Both the position numbers and the translations under genes were made by a program. Positions 37,966 through 47,756 of a stretch of 64,000 bases of DNA are shown piece after piece. The DNA lies in the NCBI GenBank assembly GCA_047605265.1, contig JASGFY010000008.1, positions 22,678 to 86,677 of the forward strand. Reading direction: 5' to 3'. This stretch comes from Solimonas sp. GTDB taxonomy: Bacteria; Pseudomonadota; Gammaproteobacteria; Nevskiales; Nevskiaceae. Each line of letters opens with the position of its first letter. The first letter of the stretch is position 1. The notes below the pieces were generated by a model that worked only from the letters and a program-made list of their open reading frames with translations, ran no database searches and had not been told where the DNA came from.

Positions 37966-38592
37966 ATGAGCGCGCCGACGATGCTCGGCGCGGCGCTCGA
38001 AGTCGCATTGAATCGCTATCTCGGTCTGGAGCCGTCGGCGCTTGCCGAATGCGCGGCGCTCAATGGCCGCGGCATCGCGCTGGCCGTCGACACGCCCGCC
38101 TGGACCTTCGTCATCGAATTCCATCGCGGCGGCGTGCGTGTGCTCGATGCCGACAGCGTCGAACCGGACGTCACCGTGCGCGGCAGTCTGCCGACGCTGA
38201 TGCGCCTGGCCTGGAGTGTCAGCCGCAAGGAAGCAGGTGGCGGCATTCCGCAGGGACTGACGGTCGACGGCGATGTCGAGCTGCTGCAGCGCTTCAATCG
38301 CCTGCTGGCGACCGTTGGCTTCGACCCGGAAGAATTCGCCGCGCGCTTCGTCGGCGATGCCGTCGCGCATCGGCTGAACCAGGGGCTGCAGACGCTGTTC
38401 GGCTGGGGCCGGCGCAGCGCTGACACGCTCGCGCTCGACACCGCCGAATACCTGCGGGAAGAGACGCGCGATCTGGCACGCGCCGCCGACGTCGCCGACT
38501 GGACCGACGGCGTCGAAGCCTTGCGTGACGGCGTCGAGCGCCTCGAGGCGCGGCTGCGCTACCTCGAAGCGCACGCCGCCGCGCCGCCATGA
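37966..38592 (+). CDS. ubiJ: Ubiquinone biosynthesis accessory factor (SCP2 domain)
   Basis: ALNRYL, SCP2 segment VDGDVELL and AEYLREE. Located between ubiE and ubiB. Confidence 0.92.
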   Translation: MSAPTMLGAALEVALNRYLGLEPSALAECAALNGRGIALAVDTPAWTFVIEFHRGGVRVLDADSVEPDVTVRGSLPTLMRLAWSVSRKEAGGGIPQGLTVDGDVELLQRFNRLLATVGFDPEEFAARFVGDAVAHRLNQGLQTLFGWGRRSADTLALDTAEYLREETRDLARAADVADWTDGVEALRDGVERLEARLRYLEAHAAAPP

Positions 38593-40190
38593 TCTCGTTC
38601 GGCCGCCTGCGGCGCGTCTGGCAGATTCGCCGCGTCGCCTCGCGTTACGGTCTCTACGAATTCGCCGGCCGCAAGCCGGGCAGGGACCCGCGTCCGCGCG
38701 GCGAGCGGCTGCGCCTGGCGCTCGAGGAGCTCGGGCCGGTCTTCATCAAGTTCGGCCAGGCGCTGTCGACGCGCCCGGACATCGTGCCGGCCGACATCGC
38801 CGCGGAGCTGGCGAAGCTGCAGGACCGCGTGCCGCCGTTCCCCGGCAGCGAGGCGCGCGCGATCATCGAATCCGAGATCGGCAAGCCGATCGAGGCCGTG
38901 TTCACCGAGTTCGACGAGCGGCCGATGGCGTCCGCCTCGGTGGCTCAGGTGCACGCGGCGAAGCTGCGCCTCGACGGCGGCGGCGAAACCTTCGACGTCG
39001 TCGTCAAGGTGCTGCGCCCGGGCATCGACGCCATCATGCGCAGCGACATCGAGCTGCTGCGCACGCTGGCCGGCGTCGCCGAAACGTTCTCGCCCGAGCT
39101 GCGCCGCCTGCGGCCGCGCGAGGTCGTCGCCGAGTACGAGAAGGTGCTGCTCGACGAGCTGGACCTGATGCGCGAGGGCGCCAACTGCGCGCAGCTGCGC
39201 CGCAACTGGCTCGGCTCGAAGCTGATCTACCATCCGCTGGTGTTCTGGGACTACACGCGCACGCGCGTGCTGGTGATGGAGCGCATCTACGGCGTGTCGA
39301 TCCGCGAGCTCGACAAGCTGCGCGAGCTGGACGTGGACTTCCGTGTGCTGTCGGAGCGTGGCGTCGAAATCTTTTTCAAGCAGACCTTCGTCCACAATTT
39401 CTTCCACGCCGACATGCACCCGGGCAACATCTTCGTCGATGTGTCCGACCCGGCGCGGCCGAGCTACCTCGCCGTCGACTTCGGCATCGTCGGCAGCCTG
39501 ACGGCGTCCGACCAGCGCTATCTCGCCGAAAACTTCTACGCGTTCTTCAACCGCGACTACAAGCGCGTCGCCGAGCTGCATCTCGAATCGGAATGGATTC
39601 CCAAGGGCACGCGCGTCGAGGACTTCGAGGCGGCGATCCGCACGATCTGCGAGCCGATCTTCCAGCGGCCGCTGAAGGACATCTCGTTCGGCTTCTTCCT
39701 GCTGCGCCTGTTCCAGGTCGCGCGGCGCTTCAACTATCAGGTGCAGCCGCAGCTCGTGCTGCTGCAGAAGACCCTGCTGCAGATCGAGGGACTCGGCCGT
39801 CAGCTCAATCCCGAGCTCGACCTGTGGAAGACGGCCAAGCCGATCATGGAAGACTGGATGCGCGCGCGCCTCGGTCCGGCGGCGACGCTCGAAAAGATGC
39901 GCGCGCAGGGTCCGTCGCTGGCCGAGTCCTTGCCGGAACTCGCGCAGTACGCGCTGCGCCAGCTGCGCCGTGGCGAAGGGTTCGGCACCAGCCGGCGCGA
40001 ACTCGAGGCGCTGCGCGACGAGATCCGCGACGCCAACCGCCGCACCGTGCGGATGATCGCCGCCGTCGGCCTCGCCGCCGGCGCATTCGCCGCGCACTAC
40101 GCCGGCAATGCGCCGTCGTCGACGTGGCTCGCCGCCGCGCTGGGCATCGGCGCGCTGCTGCTCGGCTGGCGCGCGCTGCGTCGCACCTGA
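38589..40190 (+). CDS. ubiB: Ubiquinone biosynthesis ABC1-family kinase-like protein
   Basis: LGPVFIKFGQALSTRPD, ASASVAQVH, FFHADMHPGN and DFGIVG. Confidence 0.97.
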   Translation: MISFGRLRRVWQIRRVASRYGLYEFAGRKPGRDPRPRGERLRLALEELGPVFIKFGQALSTRPDIVPADIAAELAKLQDRVPPFPGSEARAIIESEIGKPIEAVFTEFDERPMASASVAQVHAAKLRLDGGGETFDVVVKVLRPGIDAIMRSDIELLRTLAGVAETFSPELRRLRPREVVAEYEKVLLDELDLMREGANCAQLRRNWLGSKLIYHPLVFWDYTRTRVLVMERIYGVSIRELDKLRELDVDFRVLSERGVEIFFKQTFVHNFFHADMHPGNIFVDVSDPARPSYLAVDFGIVGSLTASDQRYLAENFYAFFNRDYKRVAELHLESEWIPKGTRVEDFEAAIRTICEPIFQRPLKDISFGFFLLRLFQVARRFNYQVQPQLVLLQKTLLQIEGLGRQLNPELDLWKTAKPIMEDWMRARLGPAATLEKMRAQGPSLAESLPELAQYALRQLRRGEGFGTSRRELEALRDEIRDANRRTVRMIAAVGLAAGAFAAHYAGNAPSSTWLAAALGIGALLLGWRALRRT

Positions 40191-40234
40191 GCCATGCGTC
40201 GCGGCAGGTTTTCTTCGCAAGAGGAGTAATGCCG

Positions 40235-41032
40235 ATGGACCAGCGCGACTTCGCGAGCATCTCGCCGTCCGCCCGCGCGATTCTGCTGGTGCGTTCGCAG
40301 ACGGATTTGCCGTTCGCGCGCCGCGCGGCCGAGCTTCTGCTCGGCCGCGAGGCGGTCGAGAAGGCGCGCGACGAGATGGCGTCGAACGCCGATGCGCGAG
40401 CCCGGCGCACGCACTTCGAGCGACGCTCGCGCAGCATCGACGAGGCGCTCGCCCGCATGGGCGCGAGGCGCGTGCTCGAGATCGCGTCCGGCTTTTCCTT
40501 TCGCGGTCTGGCGATGGCGTCGTCGGCGCCGGACGCGTTCTATCTCGATACCGATCTTCCCGACGTCATCGAACAGAAGAAGGCGCTCGTCGAGCAGCTG
40601 CATCCCGGCCCGCCGGCCGGCCGGCTCGAACTGCGCGCGCTCGACGTCTTCGACGCGGCGGCGTTCCGCGCCGCGGTGGATGCGCTGCCGCCGGGGCCGG
40701 TCGCGATCGTGCAGGAGGGCCTTTTCATGTACCTCGACGACGCCGAGAAGCGCACGCTGGCCCGCACGGTGCTCGATGCGCTGCGCGCCCGCGGCGGCGC
40801 GTGGATCACGGCCGATGTCTATGTGCGGACCGGGCGGACCATCTTCCGCGACGGCGCTTCGCGCGCGTTCGTCGAGAAGCACGGCATCGACGCGAAGAAG
40901 TTCGCGACCTACGACGACGCCCTCGCGTTCTTCACCGCCGCCGGCTTTCGTGTCGACGCGAGACTCGCGTGCGCGGACGCTGCGTGGCAGGCGCGCGAGA
41001 CCTGGGTTCTCGTGCCCGATGCCGAAGCCTGA
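40235..41032 (+). CDS. Class I SAM-dependent methyltransferase (LCM/TcmP-like)
   Basis: LEIASGFSFRG, YLDTDLPDVIEQK and AIVQEGLFMYL. GAGGAG RBS. Alternative ATG at 40229. Confidence 0.8.
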   Translation: MDQRDFASISPSARAILLVRSQTDLPFARRAAELLLGREAVEKARDEMASNADARARRTHFERRSRSIDEALARMGARRVLEIASGFSFRGLAMASSAPDAFYLDTDLPDVIEQKKALVEQLHPGPPAGRLELRALDVFDAAAFRAAVDALPPGPVAIVQEGLFMYLDDAEKRTLARTVLDALRARGGAWITADVYVRTGRTIFRDGASRAFVEKHGIDAKKFATYDDALAFFTAAGFRVDARLACADAAWQARETWVLVPDAEA

Positions 41033-41173
41033 GGCGCCGGCCGCGCTTGATCCGGTTCGCCGCCGCCCGCGCCGGCGGGATCGGCAGCGGGCGGTACGCG
41101 AGAGCTTGTTTTCCCGGCTGCGCGCCCCGTCCACCGAATCACTGAAGTCGACAATGCCTGCCTGCCGGCCGAT

Positions 41174-41250
41174 GCGGGCGCGCTGCGGCGTCGAAAATGC
41201 TCGCAATAGTCCCTGCTATTGCGGCGCTTTTCTCCTCGCAGCGCATCCGC
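41174..41250. repeat. Long imperfect hairpin element between convergent genes
   Basis: Nested arms GCGCTGCG/CGCAGCGC, GAAAA/TTTTC and CGCAATAG-TCCCTG-CTATTGCG. Confidence 0.65.
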
Positions 41251-41291
41251 CTCGACTCGGCATGCACCGCCGATTCCAATGATCCAGTGGA

Positions 41292-42635
41292 CTAGCGTTT
41301 GACCAGCGTCAGGCCGCGCAGGATGTTGGTCGCTTCGTAGAGGCCGTAGTCGCTTTCGGCGAGCGACTGCGCATCCTTGGCCTTCTGCGCGCGGTCGGCG
41401 TCGGCCTTGGCGCGCTCGTCCTTGCTGGTCTTTTCGTCCTTGTTCTCGAGGCTGCCCTTGAGGTCGGCTTCTTTGATCGGATCGAAGTCGGCGTCGTCGT
41501 CCTTGTCGGCCTTGGCGATCTTCAGCGGGCGGATCGCCACGTCGGGCTCGATGCCCTCGGCCTGGATCGAACGGCCCGACGGTGTGTAATAGCGCGCCGT
41601 GGTGATCTTGATCGCGCCCTCCTCGTTGGACAGCGGCAGGATGGTCTGCACCGAGCCCTTGCCGAACGAGCGGCTGCCGACGACGACGGCGCGGTGCGAA
41701 TCCTGCAGCGCCCCGGCGACGATCTCCGACGCCGACGCCGAACCGCTGTTGACCATGACGACGACCGGCGCGCCATCGAGCAGATCGCCCGGCGTTGCGT
41801 CGAACTCGCGCTGGGCACCGGCTTCGCGGCCCTTGATGGTGACGATCGGACCCTGCGTCATGAACGCGTCGCTGACCTTGACCGCGGCATCGAGCACGCC
41901 ACCCGGGTTGTTGCGCAGGTCGATGACGAGTCCCTTGATCGGACCCTTGGCGTCCTTCTTGAGCTTGGCGAATTCCTTGTCGAGCGACGCGCTGGTTTCG
42001 GTCGTGAAGCTGGAGATGCGCAGGTAGCCGAGGTTGTCGTCGAGCATGCGGCCACGCACGCTGGCGACCGAGATCGTTTCGCGCTTGAGGTCGAAGACCT
42101 TCGGCGCCGCATCGCCTTCGCGCACGACCGTCAGCTTGACCTTGGTGCCCGGCTCGCCGCGCATCTTGTCGACGGCGTCGGACAGCGACAGACCCTTCAC
42201 CGGCGTGTCGTCGATCTTGACGATGAGGTCGCCCGGCTGGATGCCGGCCTTGGCCGCCGGCGTGTCGTCGATCGGCGAGACCACGCGCACGAACCCGTTC
42301 TGCAGTTGCACTTCGATGCCGAGCCCGCCGAACTTGCCCGTCGTGATGACGTTCATGTCCTTGAACTCGTCCTTGTCGAGATAGGACGAATGCGGATCGA
42401 GGCCCGAGAGCATGCCGCGCACGGCGTTCTCGATCAGGGTCTTGTCGTCGACCGGTTCGACGTAGTCCGACTTCACGCGGTTGAGGATCTCGACGAAGGT
42501 CTGCAGATCCTTGAAGCCGAGCGCGTCGGCGGCCGGCTTGCTCTTGTCGGCGAGCACGCCCTGCGTCAGCGTGACGGAGGCGCCAATGACGACGCCGGCG
42601 GCCAGCGCCAGCGGAACACGGTAGAAACGAGGCAT
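41292..42635 (-). CDS. ctpA: Carboxy-terminal processing protease (S41 family)
   Basis: [11 protein letters not shown] domain, DLRNNPGG, catalytic [14 protein letters not shown] and SFGKGSVQ. Confidence 0.93.
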   Translation of the reverse strand: MPRFYRVPLALAAGVVIGASVTLTQGVLADKSKPAADALGFKDLQTFVEILNRVKSDYVEPVDDKTLIENAVRGMLSGLDPHSSYLDKDEFKDMNVITTGKFGGLGIEVQLQNGFVRVVSPIDDTPAAKAGIQPGDLIVKIDDTPVKGLSLSDAVDKMRGEPGTKVKLTVVREGDAAPKVFDLKRETISVASVRGRMLDDNLGYLRISSFTTETSASLDKEFAKLKKDAKGPIKGLVIDLRNNPGGVLDAAVKVSDAFMTQGPIVTIKGREAGAQREFDATPGDLLDGAPVVVMVNSGSASASEIVAGALQDSHRAVVVGSRSFGKGSVQTILPLSNEEGAIKITTARYYTPSGRSIQAEGIEPDVAIRPLKIAKADKDDDADFDPIKEADLKGSLENKDEKTSKDERAKADADRAQKAKDAQSLAESDYGLYEATNILRGLTLVKR

Positions 42636-42781
42636 GGATTTACGTTCTTGAACGTTCTGGGACGCGGGGCGGAAATTCGATTGGCGCGGCAATGCTGCGG
42701 CAGCCACGATAGCAACTGTCTGACTGCGCATCAAAGTGTCGGTTCCCGGTCAGCGCATCAGGCCTGATCGTCTGACGGGTG

Positions 42782-43945
42782 TCAGCGTGCCAGCCAGCCT
42801 TGCGGATTGATCGCCTCGGCGCCCTTGCGGATCTCGAAATAAACGCCGGACTGCTCGTAGCCGCCGGTGCTGCCGGCGGTGGCGATGGTCTGTCCGGCGC
42901 GCACCGGATCGCCGACCTGCACGGTCGCCGTCTGGCAGTGCCCGTACAGCGTGAACCAGCCGTCCTCGTGCTCGACCAGCACGATCAGGCCGTAGCGGTG
43001 CATCCAACCGACGTAGACCGCGCGGCCGCGCGCCACGGCGCGCACGGCGCTACCCTCGTCGGCGGCGATCCAGTGGCCGCTCCAGGTCAGGCGGCCGCCG
43101 CCGGCCTTGTCCTCGCCGTAGCGCGCGATCAGCGCGCCGCGCGCCGGCCACGGCAGCTTGCCCTTCAGCGAGGCGAACGGCTTGTCGCTCGGCGAGACGT
43201 CCGGCGGCAGATCGGCGAGTGTCTTCTTCAGCGACTCGATCAGCTGGCGGATGCTGCGCTCGTCTTCCTTGAGCTGCGCGAGATTGTCCTCCTCGCTCGA
43301 TAGCCGCGCCTTGAGCCGGTCGAGCATCGCGGCGCGCTCGGCGCGCGTGCTCTGTAGATCGGCAAGCGTCTCCTCCTGCTCCTGACGCAGCTGCTCGATC
43401 TGCGCACGCTCCTGCTGCAGGCGGTCGGCGAGCCGGTCGAGCTCTTCGGCGCGCGCGCGGATCGCGTCGATCACCTTGAGCTGGGCGCGCTGCAGGTAGT
43501 CGTAGTAGGTCAGCATGCGGCCGACGCTCTGCACGTCGTCGATGTTGAGCAGCAGCTGCGTCTCGCCGGAGCGGCCCATCACGTAGGCGGCGCGGATCTG
43601 GCGCGCCAGCTCGTCGCGACGCGCGCCGAGGGCGCGCGCCGCCTCCTGCTGCTCGGCCTGGGTCTCGCGGACCTTGCGCTGCTGCGCGTCGAGCTGGCCG
43701 CGCAGGGCACGCAGGCTCTCGCTGGCTTCGGCGATCCGGCGCTCGACCTTCTGCATCTCGCGCGCCACCGCGTCGCGCTCGCTCTGGTCATCCTCGACCT
43801 TTTTTTGCAGGGCGGCGATGCGCTCGCGCACCTCGCCGAGCGCCCGCTGGTTCCGGCTGATGCTGTCGTCGGCCGCGCCGGCGGTAGCGGACGCGAGAAC
43901 GGCTGCGACGAGCAGCAGAGCGGGCGGGGCGGGGCGGCGGAACAT
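42782..43945 (-). CDS. envC: Murein hydrolase activator EnvC family (coiled coil plus degenerate M23)
   Basis: Signal peptide, long coiled coil, KGKLPWPARG and LytM domain TLYGH. Synteny with ctpA and rhodanese-grx-secB. Confidence 0.88.
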   Translation of the reverse strand: MFRRPAPPALLLVAAVLASATAGAADDSISRNQRALGEVRERIAALQKKVEDDQSERDAVAREMQKVERRIAEASESLRALRGQLDAQQRKVRETQAEQQEAARALGARRDELARQIRAAYVMGRSGETQLLLNIDDVQSVGRMLTYYDYLQRAQLKVIDAIRARAEELDRLADRLQQERAQIEQLRQEQEETLADLQSTRAERAAMLDRLKARLSSEEDNLAQLKEDERSIRQLIESLKKTLADLPPDVSPSDKPFASLKGKLPWPARGALIARYGEDKAGGGRLTWSGHWIAADEGSAVRAVARGRAVYVGWMHRYGLIVLVEHEDGWFTLYGHCQTATVQVGDPVRAGQTIATAGSTGGYEQSGVYFEIRKGAEAINPQGWLAR

Positions 43946-44023
43946 GCGATAATGCTAGCCGGTTTGCGGCGCCGTCAGCGCGCTGCCCTTCCCGCCCAGA
44001 CTTTCGCGCAGGTTCCCCGCCCG

Positions 44024-44449
44024 ATGGCCCAGTTTCTCGAATTCTTCCATGCCCACGTCTGGCTGTTCGTGGCGTTCGGCGTGGTGCTCGCCGCGCTGAT
44101 CGCCAACGAAGCGCACGGCAGCCTGACCGGCGGCAAGCGTCTGTCGGCGCCCGAAGCGGTGCGCCTGATCAATGACCGCGATCCGCTGATCGTCGACATC
44201 CGCCCGCTGGCCGACTACAAGCGCGGTCATCTGCTGGGCGCCTTCCATGCCCCGGCCAACAAGTTCGACGAATGCCTCGGCCAGCTTGCCAGGGACAAGG
44301 CACGGCCCGTGCTGGTCTATTGCGCGCTCGGCGCGAACAGCGGCGCGATCGTCGACAAGCTGCGCAGGAACGGCTTCGCCGAGGTCTATCCTTTGCGTGG
44401 CGGCGTCAACGCCTGGTCGATGGCGAACCTGCCGCTGACGACGAAATGA
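44024..44449 (+). CDS. Rhodanese-like membrane protein (YibN-like)
   Basis: N-terminal TM helix, IVDIRP...GHLLGA and LRGGVNAW. Confidence 0.9.
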   Translation: MAQFLEFFHAHVWLFVAFGVVLAALIANEAHGSLTGGKRLSAPEAVRLINDRDPLIVDIRPLADYKRGHLLGAFHAPANKFDECLGQLARDKARPVLVYCALGANSGAIVDKLRRNGFAEVYPLRGGVNAWSMANLPLTTK

Positions 44450-44463
44450 GATGAGGTGAGGCG

Positions 44464-44718
44464 GTGAAGAAGGCCTTGATGTACAGCACGCGGGTCTGTC
44501 CATACTGCGTGATGGCCAAGCGGCTGCTGCAGGCCAAGGGCGTGGCGATCGACGAGATCCGCGTCGACGAGGATGCCGCGCGGCGCGAGGAAATGATGCG
44601 CATCACCGGCCGCCGCACCGTGCCGCAGATCTTCATCGGCAGCGTGCATGTGGGAGGGAGCGACGACTTGCATGCGCTCGACCGTGCCGGCAAGCTCGAC
44701 GCCCTGTTGCAAGACTGA
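44464..44718 (+). CDS. grxC: Glutaredoxin 3
   Basis: CPYC active site, TVPQIFI and GGSDDL. Confidence 0.95.
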   Translation: MKKALMYSTRVCPYCVMAKRLLQAKGVAIDEIRVDEDAARREEMMRITGRRTVPQIFIGSVHVGGSDDLHALDRAGKLDALLQD

Positions 44719-44742
44719 CCTAACCGACTTCCCTACGACATC

Positions 44743-45261
44743 ATGACTGACATCGCCACCCCTGAAGCGCCGGCCGCCGGCACCGACAACGCCGCCGCCC
44801 AGCGCCAGGTCCTGCTGCAGAAGATCTACGTCAAGGACGCCTCGCTCGAAGTGCCGCTGGCGCCGCAGGTCTTCACCCGCCAGTGGCAGCCGCAGCTCGA
44901 CGTGCAGGTCAATACCGAGGCCAGGCCGCTCGAGGGCGATGCGCTGCAGGTCGTGCTGTCGGTGACCGTGACCGCCAAGCTCGGCGAAGACATCGCCTTC
45001 CTCGTCGAGGCCCAGCAGGCCGGCATCTTCACGGTGCGCGGCTTCACGCAGCCGGAAGAGAAGGCCGCGGTCGCTGCCGCCTACTGTCCGAACCTGCTGT
45101 TCCCGTTCGCGCGCGAGACGATCGCCGATCTCGTGCAGCGCGCCGGCTTCCCGCAGTTGCTGCTGCAGCCGATCAACTTCGACGCCCTGTACCTCGAGCA
45201 TCTGCAGCGCGCCCGCACGCAGGCCGCCAACGGCATGCCGGCCGGCACCGCCGTCAACTGA
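44743..45261 (+). CDS. secB: Protein-export chaperone SecB
   Basis: QKIYVKDASLEVP, EAQQAGIF, CPNLLFPFARE and PINFDALY. Confidence 0.97.
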   Translation: MTDIATPEAPAAGTDNAAAQRQVLLQKIYVKDASLEVPLAPQVFTRQWQPQLDVQVNTEARPLEGDALQVVLSVTVTAKLGEDIAFLVEAQQAGIFTVRGFTQPEEKAAVAAAYCPNLLFPFARETIADLVQRAGFPQLLLQPINFDALYLEHLQRARTQAANGMPAGTAVN

Positions 45262-45402
45262 GGCGCGAAGGATCCGCGGCCGCACTGGCCGCGGGTCGCC
45301 CTTGATGCCCGCGTCGCTCCGCGTTCGCGGTACGCTGCGCGTGGCGCCGGATGCGGGCGTCGCCGGTCATGGACGGCCGGGATGACGGGGAGGCAAGACG
45401 CA

Positions 45403-46425
45403 ATGACCCATGCAGTCGCGGTGCTCGGCGCCGGCTCGTTCGGCACCGCCTTGGCGATTCAGCTCGCGCGCCGCGGCACGCGCACACTGCTGTGGGGGCG
45501 CGATGCCGACAAGCTCGCGGCGATGCAGGCGGCGCGCGAAAACGCGCAATATCTGCCCGGCTGCCCGTTTCCGGCCAAGCTCCATGCCGGCGCGGATCTG
45601 CAAGCGGTGGTGCGCGAGGCGGACGAGATCCTGATCGCAACGCCGTCGCACGTGCTGCGCACGACGCTCGAGCGGATCAAGCCCCTGCTGCGCAAGGGGC
45701 AAGGCCTGGTCGCGGCGTGCAAGGGGCTCGAGCCGCAGAGCGGCAAGCTCGTCCACGAAGTGATCGACGAGGTCTGTGCGCTCGGCCATCCGTACGCCGT
45801 GCTGTCCGGTCCGACCTTCGCCAGGGAACTCGGCATCGGCTTGCCGACGGCGGTGACGATCGCTTCGCACGACGAGGCTTTCGCCGAGCGTTTCGCGCGC
45901 CTGCTGCACGGCGACGGCTTCCGCGCGTACTGGACGGCCGATCTGGTCGGCGTCGAGGTCGGCGGCACAGCGAAGAACGTGATGGCGATCGGCGTCGGCA
46001 TCGCCGACGGCCTGTCGCTCGGCGCCAACACGCGCGCCGCGCTGATCACGCGCGGCCTTGGCGAGATCATGCGCCTCGCCGTCGCCATGGGCGGCAAGGC
46101 CGAGACGCTGATGGGCCTCGCCGGCATGGGCGACCTCGTGCTGACCTGCACCGACAACCAGTCGCGCAACCGCCGCATGGGCCTGCTGCTCGCGCAGGGC
46201 CGGAGCGTCAAGGACGCGATCGCCGAAATCCAGCAGGTCGTCGAGGGCGTCAAGGCCGCGCCCGAGGTGCTGCGCCTGGCGCAGCGCTACGACGTCGACA
46301 TGCCGATCACCGCCGCCGTCAGCGGCGTGCTCGAAGGCCGGCTGTCGGCCGTCGAGGCCGTGCGCATGCTGGCGACGCGGCCGGCCAAGGCCGAGTCGAA
46401 GGCGCAGATTTCGCCGTTGCCCTGA
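45403..46425 (+). CDS. gpsA: NAD(P)H-dependent glycerol-3-phosphate dehydrogenase
   Basis: GAGSFGTALA, LSGPTFA, GGTAKNV and GDLVLTCTDNQSRN. Confidence 0.97.
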   Translation: MTHAVAVLGAGSFGTALAIQLARRGTRTLLWGRDADKLAAMQAARENAQYLPGCPFPAKLHAGADLQAVVREADEILIATPSHVLRTTLERIKPLLRKGQGLVAACKGLEPQSGKLVHEVIDEVCALGHPYAVLSGPTFARELGIGLPTAVTIASHDEAFAERFARLLHGDGFRAYWTADLVGVEVGGTAKNVMAIGVGIADGLSLGANTRAALITRGLGEIMRLAVAMGGKAETLMGLAGMGDLVLTCTDNQSRNRRMGLLLAQGRSVKDAIAEIQQVVEGVKAAPEVLRLAQRYDVDMPITAAVSGVLEGRLSAVEAVRMLATRPAKAESKAQISPLP

Positions 46426-46438
46426 CGGTCCCGCCGGC

Positions 46439-46894
46439 TCAGGCGTAGTCGCGCTGCCGCCACGCCTCGTAGACCGCGACCGCGACGGCGTTCGACAGGT
46501 TGAGGCTGCGGTTGCCCGGCCGCATCGGCAGACGCAGCCACTGCCCCTCGGGAATGCCGCCGAGCACGGCTTGCGGCAGGCCGCGCGATTCGGGGCCGAA
46601 CAGCAGGATGTCGCCGTCGCGGTAGCCGCAGCGGTCGTAGCGTTGCGTGCCGTGGGTGGTGAAGGCGAGCCAGCGCGCCTGCGGTTTGACGGCGCGGAGC
46701 GCTTCGAGCGATTCGTGCTGCTCGACGCGCGCGCATTCGTGATAGTCGAGTCCGGCGCGGCGCAGCGAGGCGTCATCCATGCGAAAGCCGAGCGGATGGA
46801 TCAGGTGCAGGCGCGCGCCGGCATTCGCGCACAGGCGGATGACGTTGCCGGTGTTCGGCGGGATTTCCGGCTGGTATAGCGCGACTTCGATCAT
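46439..46894 (-). CDS. trmL: tRNA (cytidine/uridine-2'-O)-methyltransferase
   Basis: PEIPPNTGNVIRLC, RRAGLDY, FGPESRGL and RSLNLSNAV. Confidence 0.95.
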   Translation of the reverse strand: MIEVALYQPEIPPNTGNVIRLCANAGARLHLIHPLGFRMDDASLRRAGLDYHECARVEQHESLEALRAVKPQARWLAFTTHGTQRYDRCGYRDGDILLFGPESRGLPQAVLGGIPEGQWLRLPMRPGNRSLNLSNAVAVAVYEAWRQRDYA

Positions 46895-46906
46895 CGATGG
46901 TGGCGT

Positions 46907-47215
46907 TCAGGCCGGCGGCCGCTCGCGGCCGCACGACCAGCCAAAGTCGAAATGGTTCGGCGAGCGCTCGCCGCAGGCGCAGGGCCACGATGCCTGGGCA
47001 TGGCGGCGGTGCTCATAGCGGCGCAGCAATTCGCGCGCCGGTTCAAGCAGGCTGGCGTCGTCGAGCACGAGGCGCGGCCAGGCGTCGGCGGGCAGCTCGC
47101 CGCGCGCGCTCCATAGCGCCGTGCCGAGCACCTGCACGGTGATGCCGTGCGCGGCGAGATAGCTGCGCAGGATTTCGGCTTCGAGCGGATCGGCGGCGGC
47201 ATAGACGGTGTGCAC
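46907..47215 (-). CDS. DUF2007 (PII-like) protein with C-terminal zinc-ribbon
   Basis: VYAAADPLEAEILRSYL...GI and C-terminal WPCACGE...FDFGWSCG. GTG start inferred. Confidence 0.8.
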   Translation of the reverse strand: MHTVYAAADPLEAEILRSYLAAHGITVQVLGTALWSARGELPADAWPRLVLDDASLLEPARELLRRYEHRRHAQASWPCACGERSPNHFDFGWSCGRERPPA

Positions 47216-47338
47216 GTGCAGGAATTGTATGGACTTCGCGCCGCGCCGCGCGATCTGGCGCACGCGTTGACAGTCCGTCGCGCCGCGGCCTACGCTGCCG
47301 ATCCACATGCGTTTTCGCGCTCGCTGCTGGGGGATTCC

Positions 47339-47632
47339 ATGTCGCGCATCCGTTCGTACGCCGCCGCCGCCGTGATCGCGCTTTGCATGGGCAGCGCGCA
47401 GGCGCAGGTTACCGAGGACGTCGATACCTCGCCGTCCGGCGCCGCGATGGTGGCCGACCTGCTGGTCGTGCGCCCGCTGGGACTGGTCGCGACCGTGTTC
47501 GGCGTCGGGCTGTTCGTGCTGCAGCTGCCGCTGTCGCTGATCCAGGGCGAGCTGCCGAACGAGCCGGCCCGCAGGCTCGTTGTCGAGCCGGCGCAGTTCA
47601 CGTTCACCCGTCCGCTCGGCGAGATGGAATGA
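47339..47632 (+). CDS. Small exported/membrane conserved hypothetical protein
   Basis: Signal peptide, ADLLVVRPLGLVATV and LVVEPAQFTFTRPLG. Confidence 0.8.
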   Translation: MSRIRSYAAAAVIALCMGSAQAQVTEDVDTSPSGAAMVADLLVVRPLGLVATVFGVGLFVLQLPLSLIQGELPNEPARRLVVEPAQFTFTRPLGEME

Positions 47633-47639
47633 GTTGATC

Positions 47640-47716
47640 CTGCGCCGGCCCGCCACGCGGCGGCCGGCGCAGCGAGGCTGCCCAGGAAAACGCCGACGCG
47701 CGCGCCGGCGTTTTCC
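47640..47716. terminator. Tandem hairpins between convergent genes (probable bidirectional terminator)
   Basis: 11-bp stems CTGCGCCGGCC/GGCCGGCGCAG and GGAAAACGCCG/CGGCGTTTTCC. Confidence 0.7.
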
Positions 47717-47756
47717 GTTCAACGGCCCGCGAAGCCCCGCATTTCCCCGGCGATGC

